Source: an uncultured Bacteroidales bacterium
Lineage (GTDB): Bacteria; Bacteroidota; Bacteroidia; Bacteroidales; UBA10428
Assembly: GCA_963800645.1 (NCBI GenBank)
Contig: CAWDBX010000011.1
Span: 139,503-203,502 of the forward strand
Length of the DNA: 64,000 nt
Direction: 5' to 3'
Program-made: the position numbers and the translations under genes
Notes under the pieces: generated by a model
Databases searched by the model: none
Told to the model about the DNA's origin: nothing
The model's input: the letters and a program-made list of their open reading frames with translations, nothing else
In this document: piece by piece, positions 20,892 to 29,810 of the stretch
How the letters are laid out: the number at the start of each line of letters is the position of its first letter
How positions within the stretch are numbered: the first letter of the stretch is position 1

Positions 20892-22523
20892 TTACCTCAT
20901 GGCTGAAAATCGGATGGTTTCGTTCTTCTTCTTTGCTGTTTTAAATACTACCGCTTCGGTCAGGTATATATGGGCTGCTTCTGACTCAGGACGTTTCTCA
21001 CCTTTTACCACGATTTTTATGGTATGTTTTCCTGGAGGGAGTCCCGTAACATGCCAAAGATCCATATCGGTATGCTGCTGGCCCGCATAATTATAATAGG
21101 TGTCAATGGTGCGTGAAAACGTACCATCGAGAAAAATATCGGCTTTTCCGCCATCCTTAAACCAATTTCCTACTATTGAAATACCAGTGCCCTCAAACGA
21201 TAAAACAGCTTCGTCACCCCTGGTGCTGCTGAATTTTGCCTGATTATAGTCCTGTGATCCTTCGGGAGCCCACGGGTTATGTATTTTATAGGTTTTCCAG
21301 TTACCTTTCAGTTCCCACCCGGTATTTTCAAGAATTTTAATCCGCCTATCGTAAACCAGATCAGGGAAAGCCACTTCCAGGGTACCGGGAACAGGCTGTT
21401 GTATTTTTATCCTGTACTCACCTTCTTTAACCTCACCCCCGTTCTTCATCACCAGCTCATTGACATATTTCAAGGTATTTTCCACAGATTTGTTAAAACT
21501 ATAGGGAGTATTGATAAAAAGTGAGTCGCTGATTTCCCTTATGGCATTCTGATAGGCCGAAGGCAAACCGCTCATTCCCTTGATAACTCCAAGTACTGCC
21601 ATGGCGTTGGAGGGATTGCAGTCCGAGTCCTGTCCGCATCTTGCAGACACTTCCATAGTCTTCACGGGATCACCGTCACCATAAAGCAAACCCATGACAA
21701 TATAGGCTCCGTTCAGCTTGGCATCAATATTAAAGGGAATTCCGGCGCCACAGATATCCACATCACCCCATTTGGATTCCAGCTCTTTCCAGGCAGTACG
21801 CCAGTTATCCGGGTATTGATCATGCAGGATTATTACATCACGGATCGTTTTTGCATAATCACTTTCAGCCGGAATGGATAACAAAGCTTTCTCAATCACA
21901 CCGGATATGTTATTGTCAAAATAGGCCTCAGCATAAAGGGCAGCGACAAAGATGCCACCATAGATACCATCGCCGTAATTCATAATATGTCCTATTTTAT
22001 CAGCGATCTGACCAGCAGTTTGGGGCATCCCGGGACACATGAAGCCGATGTAATCGGCCTCAATCTGAAAATCAATATCATCGGCATGCAGATTAAATTC
22101 GGGCTGTCCACTTTTGGGAGGGAAGATGCTGTCGAAATAGTTTTTACGTGCCTGTACATTGGCATGCCACAAAGGATATCCCGCCCTGGCAAACAATTCC
22201 TGGAATTTTTTGGCTGGTGCATCCATGCCATATTGATCCATGGTCATGAGGAAGGTTAACTGCACATAGATATCGTCCTGCCATAGAGCTCCTATTACAT
22301 CATCGGGAACCCAAAGGATGGAATCTTCAAAGGTTTTTGCCTGGGCACGGAATTCAGTTGGTGCGCCATAGGTGACCCCGATCATTTTGCCAGCCCATCC
22401 GCCAGCAATCTTATCTTTCAGCACCTCCCCGGAGATAGTCCGGTATTCCATACTTTCTCTTTTGCAGGAGAACAGCGCCAGCAACATGATTGGCACATAC
22501 AGTCTGTAAAGGATATTTCTCAT
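20892..22523 (-). CDS. ADP-ribosylglycohydrolase-family lipoprotein with a C-terminal beta-sandwich domain
   Basis: DKIAGGWAGKMIGV..GAPTEF, QDDIY, CGQDSDCN; lipobox LFSC after the start at 22523 (the ORF-track extension to 22775 is unlikely). Confidence 0.8.
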   Translation of the reverse strand: MRNILYRLYVPIMLLALFSCKRESMEYRTISGEVLKDKIAGGWAGKMIGVTYGAPTEFRAQAKTFEDSILWVPDDVIGALWQDDIYVQLTFLMTMDQYGMDAPAKKFQELFARAGYPLWHANVQARKNYFDSIFPPKSGQPEFNLHADDIDFQIEADYIGFMCPGMPQTAGQIADKIGHIMNYGDGIYGGIFVAALYAEAYFDNNISGVIEKALLSIPAESDYAKTIRDVIILHDQYPDNWRTAWKELESKWGDVDICGAGIPFNIDAKLNGAYIVMGLLYGDGDPVKTMEVSARCGQDSDCNPSNAMAVLGVIKGMSGLPSAYQNAIREISDSLFINTPYSFNKSVENTLKYVNELVMKNGGEVKEGEYRIKIQQPVPGTLEVAFPDLVYDRRIKILENTGWELKGNWKTYKIHNPWAPEGSQDYNQAKFSSTRGDEAVLSFEGTGISIVGNWFKDGGKADIFLDGTFSRTIDTYYNYAGQQHTDMDLWHVTGLPPGKHTIKIVVKGEKRPESEAAHIYLTEAVVFKTAKKKNETIRFSAMR

Positions 22524-22829
22524 ATGAATCGTGGTTGTTATAGGCACCCATAAAAATTTATTCCAACTGGCTGGTGATGGTTGGTGATGGCCGGTCGCCG
22601 TAATGTTATTCGAAACCATGGTATTCAGCTTGTTCCGGCAATCAAATATAGGACTTCCGGTGCAAAAATCAAAAGATTGAAAGATGAAAAGAATCAGGTC
22701 CCAGCACAAAAGGAATCCTGTGCTTTGTGGATCGTTGCAGGCCTGCATTATGAAAAGCAAGTCTTGCGTCAACATTTGAAGTTGAGCCGATATAGTACTT
22801 ATGCGAATTAAGAGTCAAAATTTTTCGTG

Positions 22830-22924
22830 AAACCCCGGTTACGGGGTTTAATATGAATAGCGCCGGGTGAAGCAACCCGGTGGTACATGCAGAAATGAAC
22901 ACCACAACCGCGTAGTGGTTGAAT
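22830..22924 (+). repeat. REP-like multi-hairpin unit (copy 1)
   Basis: AACCCCG..CGGGGTT, CCGGGT..ACCCGG and CAACCGCG..GGTTG hairpins; inverted counterpart at 23536-23648. Confidence 0.7.
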
Positions 22925-23535
22925 GTTTTAAGGCATGATTTCATATCTTTCGCTTGGATGCCAATGAGATGCCAGGATGCAAATGGATTACCATATGGAT
23001 TTGGTCAGAAACACCACCGTTACGGTATAAATGGCATTTCTTGTATTTATGAGTATCAGTAATGAATAATAATCAAAATATATTTCTGAAATGCTTTATA
23101 TACGGGGCTTTGCCCCGATCCCCACTGAATGCTGCAGTCTTGAAACAAAGAACGAAGCAAGAAAATTCAAGCCAACGCACGGCGCATTGAATCAGCGTCA
23201 CCACAATGTGTGCGGAGCAAAAAAACAAAAACCTTATTCAGACGGTTTGCCGTTCAAACGAAGGCGACAGCCGGAGTGCGTTCAAACCGTCAGTCTTCTT
23301 TGGTTACTTTCTGTGACGACAGAAAGTGACAGAAAAAAACTAGGAAAACAATTCAGTAACAGAAGAATTGTTCTTTGTGCATCATTCAAGATGCACATAC
23401 TTGTTCTTAAGGATACCCCAGATGTATTTATATAATTCCGGGTGGTTTTTGGCAGCTGAGTGTTTTTTCGTGGTTTTTCGCTGTAAAATGATTTAATAAA
23501 GGATTTGGGTATAGGTGTTCATATCGTATTTATTT

Positions 23536-23648
23536 ATTCAACCGCTGCCGCGGTTGTGAATTCCCATTGCCTGTTAACCACCGGGTTTTGCACCCGGCGC
23601 TATTCACTTTCAAGCCTGCCTTGCCGGTCAGGCAGGCACTCCGTGCTT
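23536..23648 (-). repeat. REP-like multi-hairpin unit (copy 2, inverted)
   Basis: Reverse complement shares TGAATAGCGCCGGGTG..AACCCGGTGG and CACAACCGCG..GGTTGAAT with 22830-22924. Confidence 0.7.
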
Positions 23649-23793
23649 GAGATTCAATAATCCAAATTTAATAAAGAATAATACTGGCAGCAATTCAACT
23701 CTTAATTCGCTTACATTTCGGTACTTTAGCGCTTTTTAGGATATAAACATAATACATACATTGCCGATAAAGCCGCATGAGCGGCAAGTTAAG

Positions 23794-23867
23794 TCGGGGT
23801 GGTGTGACTCGAACACACGACCTCCTGGTCCCAAACCAGGAACGCTAACCAACTGCGCTACACCCCG
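23794..23867 (-). tRNA. tRNA-Pro (UGG)
   Basis: CGGGGTG acceptor stem, CCTGG-TT-TGG-GA-CCAGG anticodon arm, GTTCGAGTC T-loop. Confidence 0.97.
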
Positions 23868-24067
23868 ATACAACAATATAAAGAACTCGACCGATCCAAA
23901 CCAGGAACCCCGCCTCTGGCGGGGCTACACCCCGATAAACAATATAAAGAACTCGACCGATCCAAACCAGGAACCCCGCCTCTGGCGGGGCTACACCCCG
24001 ATACAACAATATAAAGAACTCGACCGATCCAAACCAGGAACCCCGCCTCTGGCGGGGCTACACCCCG
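23868..24067 (-). repeat. Three tandem 66-67 bp repeats derived from the tRNA-Pro 5' half
   Basis: Units 23868-23934, 23935-24000 and 24001-24067 each contain CGGGGTGTAGC and GTTCCTGGTTTGG identical to the tRNA. Confidence 0.95.
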
Positions 24068-24083
24068 ACAATATAAAAAGAAC

Positions 24084-24434
24084 TTATGTCGAATAGGATC
24101 GTATCATTCCCAAAAGCATCTTGGAGATTTGTTCATAACTGTCGTAAAACTCCTTAAAGACTGCTTCTTCTATAAATCCCAAATCATTAACTGCTTCAAG
24201 GATCGCTACCGACTCGAAAACACTTCCCCGAGCAATGGTCAGATAATGCTTCTTATCGGTATTGGTCATTCTTCCGGTGCCCTCGGCCAGATTTAGCATG
24301 ATGCTTAAACTCGACCGTTTCCACTGATCTTTCAGATATGCGTCCAGTGTGGCATGGTTGAAAATAAATTTCAAGACTTTGGAATTATTCACTCTAATCA
24401 CCTGATATACATCAAGCTTCTCAAAATCAAACAT
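24084..24434 (-). CDS. Four-helix bundle protein (23S rRNA intervening-sequence protein family)
   Basis: FEKLDVYQ, DQWKRSSLSIMLNLAEG, IARGSVFE. Confidence 0.9.
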   Translation of the reverse strand: MFDFEKLDVYQVIRVNNSKVLKFIFNHATLDAYLKDQWKRSSLSIMLNLAEGTGRMTNTDKKHYLTIARGSVFESVAILEAVNDLGFIEEAVFKEFYDSYEQISKMLLGMIRSYST

Positions 24435-24745
24435 TTATTTCAATTATTTCTATATGAATTTTATTCCAAACACACGCTTATACGACCAAACCAATTTCAA
24501 TGAGCACTTCTTTTTTTCCGGTGCGAATATAATAATTTATCCTGACGATCAGTTATGTTTTTTAGCCGGTATCCAATTAACCGGTTCTTAAAATATGCAG
24601 CAATGCTTGTAAGTAACAATATTTAATATTATTAAGGATATTTTGATTAGTTTATTTTTTCTTATTGTCCATTTCGATAGGCATCTGAAGCTATGAATCG
24701 TTTCAGTGCCGCAGAATCTATGTTTCATTTAAATCTCAGTAAATT

Positions 24746-25306
24746 ATGAAAAGAGTACTTTTTCTTATTTTAACTATGGTATTGCTTCCCTTTGCCATTC
24801 ATGCGCAGCTTGGCATAGGAGTAGGCATCAAAGCCGGAGCAAATTTTGCCAATCAGGCTGTTGAAGATATCGATACCAAATCAGTGACCGACTATCATGT
24901 CGGGGCATATGTTAATTTAAATCTGTCTGAAAAATTCGGGATCACTCCTGAGGTGCTTTATACCGCATACGGAAGTGAATGGGAAGATTTAAAAGTTGAT
25001 TATGATTATATTGCCATACCTGTGATGGTAAGGTTCAAACCTATCAAACTGATTAGTCTGGAAGCAGGACCACAGTTCAGTTTTCTGACAAAAGCCGAGG
25101 TTGAAGGTATTGGCGATGTCAAGGATGATTTAAAGAATAACGATTTTGGTCTGGCTTTCGGAGCCGGTGTGCACCTGCCATTTGGAATCAATGCCGGTGC
25201 CAGGTATGTTCTTGGCTTCACCAATATCTCAGAGGTATCGGAAGTTGAGATTAAGAACCGTACGTTTCAGATCTATGTGGGGTGGACGATCCTGGGTGCA
25301 AAATAA
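24746..25306 (+). CDS. Outer-membrane beta-barrel (porin/PorT-like) protein
   Basis: Signal peptide, GIKAGANFA, YIAIPV, EAGPQFSFL, GARYVLG. Confidence 0.85.
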   Translation: MKRVLFLILTMVLLPFAIHAQLGIGVGIKAGANFANQAVEDIDTKSVTDYHVGAYVNLNLSEKFGITPEVLYTAYGSEWEDLKVDYDYIAIPVMVRFKPIKLISLEAGPQFSFLTKAEVEGIGDVKDDLKNNDFGLAFGAGVHLPFGINAGARYVLGFTNISEVSEVEIKNRTFQIYVGWTILGAK

Positions 25307-25352
25307 AACCTTTGCATTAAAACTGCTCCAGACTAGTCTGAAGGTGTCTTAT

Positions 25353-25386
25353 AAAAAAAACCTCACCAATGGGTGAGGTTTTTTTT
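25353..25386. terminator. Bidirectional terminator at the distal end of the cassette array
   Basis: A-run, ACCTCACC-AATG-GGTGAGGT stem-loop, T-run. Confidence 0.85.
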
Positions 25387-25561
25387 ATTTGGAATCGTGG
25401 AATTATGTGAGGTCCCGGCTCTGCAGGACCTCACCTGGAGCAATGACCCAGGTAAATTCACGGCCAGCAATGTGCACATGATGCTATGCTGCCATGCATT
25501 TGTTAATTTTGTCCATTTGGGATGCCATTATTAGGAAGTTCTGTTTACCTGGTTCGATAAA

Positions 25562-25756
25562 CTACTTATTATCCTTTTCTTTTAACCATTGGAAAAACCG
25601 GGTCAATGCAACACCCAATGACATTCCTAATGCCAAAATAAGCCAAAATCCAGCATGATTTGGTTTACTCTCAATTCTGGAATAAAAAACTAAAAAAAGG
25701 CTAATGGTAATTACCATTGGAAGCAATACGGTTGATAATCCTTTTCTCTTTGTCAT
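25562..25756 (-). CDS. Small two-TM hypothetical protein
   Basis: 64-aa ORF with two hydrophobic segments. Confidence 0.65.
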   Translation of the reverse strand: MTKRKGLSTVLLPMVITISLFLVFYSRIESKPNHAGFWLILALGMSLGVALTRFFQWLKEKDNK

Positions 25757-25905
25757 GATTTTTGCTTTTAATTATAGGTGTTTAGAAATCTAAGGCGTAT
25801 ATTCAAATGTATATACTCTGATTTCGTCATTCTTTGTTTTTGCGTGCAGTTCAAAACCCGGATGCCGCAATGGCTTAACCACACTGTTGAAATCCGTAAT
25901 GATCT

Positions 25906-26136
25906 TTAACCAAGTCTTACCAATAGAAAACAAAGTATTAGGACTGCTATAAATCCAATTACTTGATTCACAAGATTATGTCCCATCAAATCAAACAAAT
26001 CATCTGAGTTATCGGGTCCGTTTAAATATTCTCTGAAGGTAAATTTCTTTTTTCTGGCTATTGACCTCCAAATTGTTCCATAGGTCCATCTTACTATGGC
26101 ACCTGCAAAATTGAAAATATAACCACCAACGCCCAT
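25906..26136 (-). CDS. Small membrane hypothetical protein
   Basis: 76-aa ORF followed directly by an attC-like end (GCAATGGCTTAACCACACTGTTG at 25867-25889). Confidence 0.65.
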   Translation of the reverse strand: MGVGGYIFNFAGAIVRWTYGTIWRSIARKKKFTFREYLNGPDNSDDLFDLMGHNLVNQVIGFIAVLILCFLLVRLG

Positions 26137-26216
26137 ATAGCCTATTTAAGGAGTTGGATGATTAATCGAACCATAATCTGCCACGAATTATATGTTATAA
26201 CTAGCCAGGGTACCTT

Positions 26217-26315
26217 CATTCTTAATGGATTATACACGTCGCAGCTGTGCAGTCGTGCATTGAATAGAATATTTGCTTTGAGTTCGGTACAAGCGGTATG
26301 CACGTTGTTGTGGCC
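26217..26315. repeat. attC-like site (degenerate left arm)
   Basis: Ends in GTTGTGGCC just beyond the DJ-1 stop codon. Confidence 0.55.
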
Positions 26316-26323
26316 AGTGCCTA

Positions 26324-26908
26324 TTATTTTTTATTAAAACCCAGTAATTGACCAACCTTAACAGCATTATTCCTTGTTGTCAAAAGCTCCAGTAATAATA
26401 AGGCAACATCTACCGCTGTTGATGGATTCCAGGATGTAATCATATTATCATCCATTACAATAGGTTGATCTATCACATTAACGCCAAATCCTTGCAATGC
26501 TTCCCGGCGAATAGCTCTATGATATGTTGTTCCATTTTTGCCTTTTAAAACGCCGCTCTTTCCCAAAGGTAAAGCTCCAACACAAATAGATGCAATAATC
26601 TTATGTTTAGCTTTAAAACCTCGAATTAAATCAAGAAATCTATCCTCATAAGCATCATTATAAAATCCATACACCTCAAATCCACCAGGAATAGCTAATG
26701 CATCAAATGAGCCAATATCAACATCATCTATTAAATAGTCGACGATAAACCTTTGATTAAAAGAACTTTTAATTTCCTTTTTTAATCCGCAAGTAAATAA
26801 TTCTGTAGAACAATCACCTTCCACAAGATTCCAGCCAATCACATCAATAAATGCACTTGCTTCAAATGTTTCAAATCCATCCGCTAATAACAATAATACT
26901 TTTTTCAT
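26324..26908 (-). CDS. DJ-1/PfpI family protein
   Basis: LLLADGFETFE, DALAIPGG, ASICVGA nucleophile elbow. Confidence 0.92.
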   Translation of the reverse strand: MKKVLLLLADGFETFEASAFIDVIGWNLVEGDCSTELFTCGLKKEIKSSFNQRFIVDYLIDDVDIGSFDALAIPGGFEVYGFYNDAYEDRFLDLIRGFKAKHKIIASICVGALPLGKSGVLKGKNGTTYHRAIRREALQGFGVNVIDQPIVMDDNMITSWNPSTAVDVALLLLELLTTRNNAVKVGQLLGFNKK

Positions 26909-26950
26909 ATTAAATCAGATTATGTTCTTGCAACAATGTCGTTTTTAATG

Positions 26951-27082
26951 GGCCACAACCCTCGCATGGTTGACCCGGTTGCGTGGCAAATCAGATACCG
27001 TATCTGGCAGCACCGAGGCAACGCAAAGAGCTGGCATTCGCAAACAGTCAGCCGGCAATGGGTTATGCGCACTGTCAGCGGT
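26951..27082. repeat. attC-like hairpin site
   Basis: GGCCACAAC..CGCAT..TGACCC..TTGC pairs with GCAATGGGTTATGCG..GTCAGCGGT. Confidence 0.7.
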
Positions 27083-27093
27083 AGCCGTATTTT

Positions 27094-27879
27094 TTATTTA
27101 TTTGTAACAACTAAAATGCTGTTAATTATTTGGTCGTAAAGGTTTGCAGAAAGCTCGAGATATCTGTTGGTCGATACCTTATCTTTGTATTCTATTGCAT
27201 TCCAGGATCCTTCCAGACCAAAGCACCATGCTTTACTTGCACTGAAAATAAGTTGCTGTTCTGACAGGCTGAAGTTTTCCAGGGGTATAATGTCGTTATG
27301 GTAACAGTTGTCGATAGGATCCGAACCATAAAGATTATCCTGGGCTTTATTAAAAAAATCTGCCCAAAATTCATTTCCTTGTTTAGCTGCAAATTCAGCT
27401 ATATACCATAAAGCAGCGCCTAATTGCTTTTTAACTGTCTCAACTTCAAGACTCTTCCTAACAATTGGATGTTTTTTAAATTGTTGCCTGTAAATAACAT
27501 AAAAAAACTTTTCGCTTAATGAATACGGATAATAATAATATTTAGGTGTCCAATGTTTAATATGATCATTAAAAACAGTTTCAAGTCTCCAATCTCCTCC
27601 TCCACCGATTAACCCTTCCGAAAAATGATCCGGCTTAACAGCATTATTCTCGGTATGCATAAAGTGAGCACTTACTTTTAGACAGCCTTCAGTTTTTAGA
27701 TATTTAAACCATTCAACCGGATTATTGGCCACGTCTAATTTATTATGATCTATAAAAGAAACGGATTCACAATTTGCAAAGCATTTCTTATTAAAAAAAT
27801 CAGGGCAAAGCTTGTTGTTAATCAAATAATCATTTGCATAGGTAACTATGGATATTATTTGGGCCAATTTTTCATTCAT
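27094..27879 (-). CDS. Hypothetical protein (261 aa)
   Basis: Long ORF with AWCFGLEGSWN motif; family not assigned. Confidence 0.75.
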   Translation of the reverse strand: MNEKLAQIISIVTYANDYLINNKLCPDFFNKKCFANCESVSFIDHNKLDVANNPVEWFKYLKTEGCLKVSAHFMHTENNAVKPDHFSEGLIGGGGDWRLETVFNDHIKHWTPKYYYYPYSLSEKFFYVIYRQQFKKHPIVRKSLEVETVKKQLGAALWYIAEFAAKQGNEFWADFFNKAQDNLYGSDPIDNCYHNDIIPLENFSLSEQQLIFSASKAWCFGLEGSWNAIEYKDKVSTNRYLELSANLYDQIINSILVVTNK

Positions 27880-27912
27880 TCTGGCTGTAAATTTTCAGGA
27901 TTATTAATTATT

Positions 27913-28043
27913 GTTCCTTAAAGTCCGCGGGCATGAGCCCTTGCGATGCAATGATGATTACTTTTCCAGGTACAACAGGGTAACCCAAAGTACTTGCATC
28001 GCAAACAATAGACCAGCAATGGGTTAAACACATTGTTAGCAGT
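27913..28043. repeat. attC-like hairpin site
   Basis: Ends GCAATGGGTTAAACACATTGTTAGCAGT; internal perfect inverted repeat TTGCGATGCAA/TTGCATCGCAA. Confidence 0.7.
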
Positions 28044-28064
28044 TCGCTGCTGTTCGAGTCAATT

Positions 28065-28439
28065 TTAGTACATCCATTTTGCATCATTCTCTTGTACATC
28101 CTTAATTCTATAAGCTGCAATTTTATGGATAAGTGATTTTGGGAGTGGTTCATGGTAAGGAAATTGAATCGTGTCTTTACCTGTTGTAAACTTTTCCAAT
28201 TCTTCCCTGAATGGTTCCATAGCAGGACCAGTTGGCATAAAGTTTAAATGTGATTTATATGCTGCGTAGGAGAAAAGAATTCTTTTTTCCATAAACACAG
28301 GAATTCCCCACTTTAGCATCTCTGTAGCATTGGGGGCAACTTTTTTCAGAATGGAGCGAATTTCCCTTAATTTCTCCTTAGCATTTTCGGGAGCAGCATT
28401 TATATACTCTTCAACATCAGTTGGTTTTGTCTTGGTCAT
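28065..28439 (-). CDS. DUF1801 (YdhG-like) protein
   Basis: DVEEYI, LKWGIPVF, YAAYKSH, GKDTIQFPY..PLP. Confidence 0.88.
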   Translation of the reverse strand: MTKTKPTDVEEYINAAPENAKEKLREIRSILKKVAPNATEMLKWGIPVFMEKRILFSYAAYKSHLNFMPTGPAMEPFREELEKFTTGKDTIQFPYHEPLPKSLIHKIAAYRIKDVQENDAKWMY

Positions 28440-28444
28440 AAATT

Positions 28445-28819
28445 TCAAATTTTAATGAGGTCCTGTGGATGCTTTAAACTTCGTGAAAGGCCACCCCGGC
28501 AACAATGAAAACCTGAATCAGCAGTTTTCTCTACATATACTAACCAGAGCCCATTACTATTGCGAAAATCAATATCCTCCTCGAAAGTGTACTTTAAGCA
28601 TATAGTATCTAAACCATAATCTCCCTTAAATTTTTCAAATATTCTGAATGTAGCGGTCTCATCCGTTGAATCTACTGAAATGAGCTCTCCAAGGAATATT
28701 AAGTTGGATTTATCCATGCTGAATTCCTGCAAATCTTCGATTCTATCAAATGGTTCATTTGCATGAAGCAAGATGGGATTGACAATAAAAACTGAAATAT
28801 AAAAAACAATGCTTTTCAT
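28445..28819 (-). CDS. Secreted hypothetical protein, possibly truncated
   Basis: Signal-like N-terminus; runs into the DUF1801 start with no intervening site. Confidence 0.55.
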   Translation of the reverse strand: MKSIVFYISVFIVNPILLHANEPFDRIEDLQEFSMDKSNLIFLGELISVDSTDETATFRIFEKFKGDYGLDTICLKYTFEEDIDFRNSNGLWLVYVEKTADSGFHCCRGGLSRSLKHPQDLIKI

Positions 28820-28922
28820 GTGTAAGATTTTATGCCTGGCGCTGTTAGGTGCTGTTTTTTATTTTTCTGTTTGTAAAAGTTGTTTCGTTTTTTTTGAATT
28901 GTTTGGAAAATTTTGGTTCCCT

Positions 28923-29273
28923 TTACTTTCTTAAAATCTTCTCCATTGTCTTTCCTTTTGCCAATTCGTCAATCAGCTTATCTAAATAACGAATTTTTTG
29001 CATGAGTTTGTCTTCGATTTCTTCCACACGATAGCCACAAATTACACCGGTAATTTTTGAAACATTTTGATTCATTTGTGGTGCCTGTGTGAAAAAGGTC
29101 TCAAAATTATTGTTTTTATCAATTTGCTGCTGCAAGGATTGTTGATTGTATCCTGTGAGCCAACAAATGATGGCATCTACTTCTGCCTTTGTGCGTCCTT
29201 TTTTCTCCGCTTTTAGTATATATAACGGATAGACACTTGCAAATGATGTTGTATAAATTCTTGGTTTTTCCAT
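28923..29273 (-). CDS. DUF2200 family protein
   Basis: [57 protein letters not shown]. Confidence 0.9.
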   Translation of the reverse strand: MEKPRIYTTSFASVYPLYILKAEKKGRTKAEVDAIICWLTGYNQQSLQQQIDKNNNFETFFTQAPQMNQNVSKITGVICGYRVEEIEDKLMQKIRYLDKLIDELAKGKTMEKILRK

Positions 29274-29379
29274 AGTTCTTTATTTACTATAACAAATAAC
29301 AATTTAGTCAATCCATTTTCTGCAAAAAACTCCTGAAAATTGGCTGCTGGGTATTTTTTGTCTTACCTTATCTCAACCA

Positions 29380-29650
29380 ATTAGTCAATATAGTATCCCA
29401 ATTATCGCCATAAAAAAGCTTGCAATAAGATGAAATGCAAAAGCCGGTAATATACTTTTGCTTTTATATACTACAAATGCTTATGTAATACTCCCCACAA
29501 TTAAAACAGGAAATAACCAAAACTGAAATGTATGATATAATGCAAATAAAATAACCTTTGTTTTATTGTAATATTTTCAGTACAAAGCCTTTCAACAAAT
29601 GAAGTATTTAGTTTTTTCGATTCAAAATAATATAAACAAACGCCAATTTT
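29380..29650 (-). pseudogene. CPBP/CAAX-protease family remnant (C-terminal part)
   Basis: Minus-strand translation FALYHTFQFWLFPVLIVGSIT*AFVVYKSKSILPAFAFHLIAS with an internal stop. Confidence 0.6.
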
Positions 29651-29686
29651 TAATTTCTAATGAATCGATTAATGAAATTTTTTCAT

Positions 29687-29810
29687 GGTAGTCAATGGTC
29701 GGAGTAATGGCCAGTAAGGAACTACGGATGATTTCATACTGGATACTAAGAAAAGTTTAAGTGGTTAAAATCCTGCGAATACAGGTGAAGAAAAATATTT
29801 AGTTGTATAG
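29687..29810. repeat. attC-like site, near-duplicate of 30742-30872
   Basis: Shares GGCCAGT.AGGAAC.ACGGATGATTTC, GATACTAAGA, AGTGGTTAAAAT and TGCGAATACAGGTGAA. Confidence 0.7.

Larger units (their letters stand above)
22798..23715. mobile_element. Non-autonomous MITE-like insertion with 18-bp imperfect terminal inverted repeats
   Basis: CTTATGCGAATTAAGAGT (22798-22815) and ACTCTTAATTCGCTTACA (23698-23715): 15/18 complementary, 13 contiguous; no credible ORF inside. Confidence 0.78.
22669..23757 (-). pseudogene. GIY-YIG nuclease (UPF0213/YazA-like) split by a 918-bp insertion and truncated at the 3' end
   Basis: 23757-23716 encodes MYYVYILKSAKVPK; 22797 downward encodes YYIGSTSNVDARLAFHNAGLQRSTKHRIPFVL; the pieces join in frame. 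Confidence 0.88.

Noticed and set aside
22524-22775. N-terminal extension of the ADP-ribosylglycohydrolase ORF
   Set aside because: It overlaps the GIY-YIG remnant; a lipoprotein signal begins at the ATG at 22523
23868-24067. Possible CRISPR array
   Set aside because: Units are contiguous near-identical repeats with no unique spacers, derive from the tRNA, and no cas genes are in the window
23091-24096. ORFs 23091-23435 and 23761-24096
   Set aside because: They overlap a structured repeat, the antisense strand of tRNA-Pro and the tandem repeats; no protein-family features
24084-24434. Diversity-generating retroelement suggested by the Avd-like four-helix bundle
   Set aside because: No reverse transcriptase and no template/variable repeat pair with adenine-specific differences in the window
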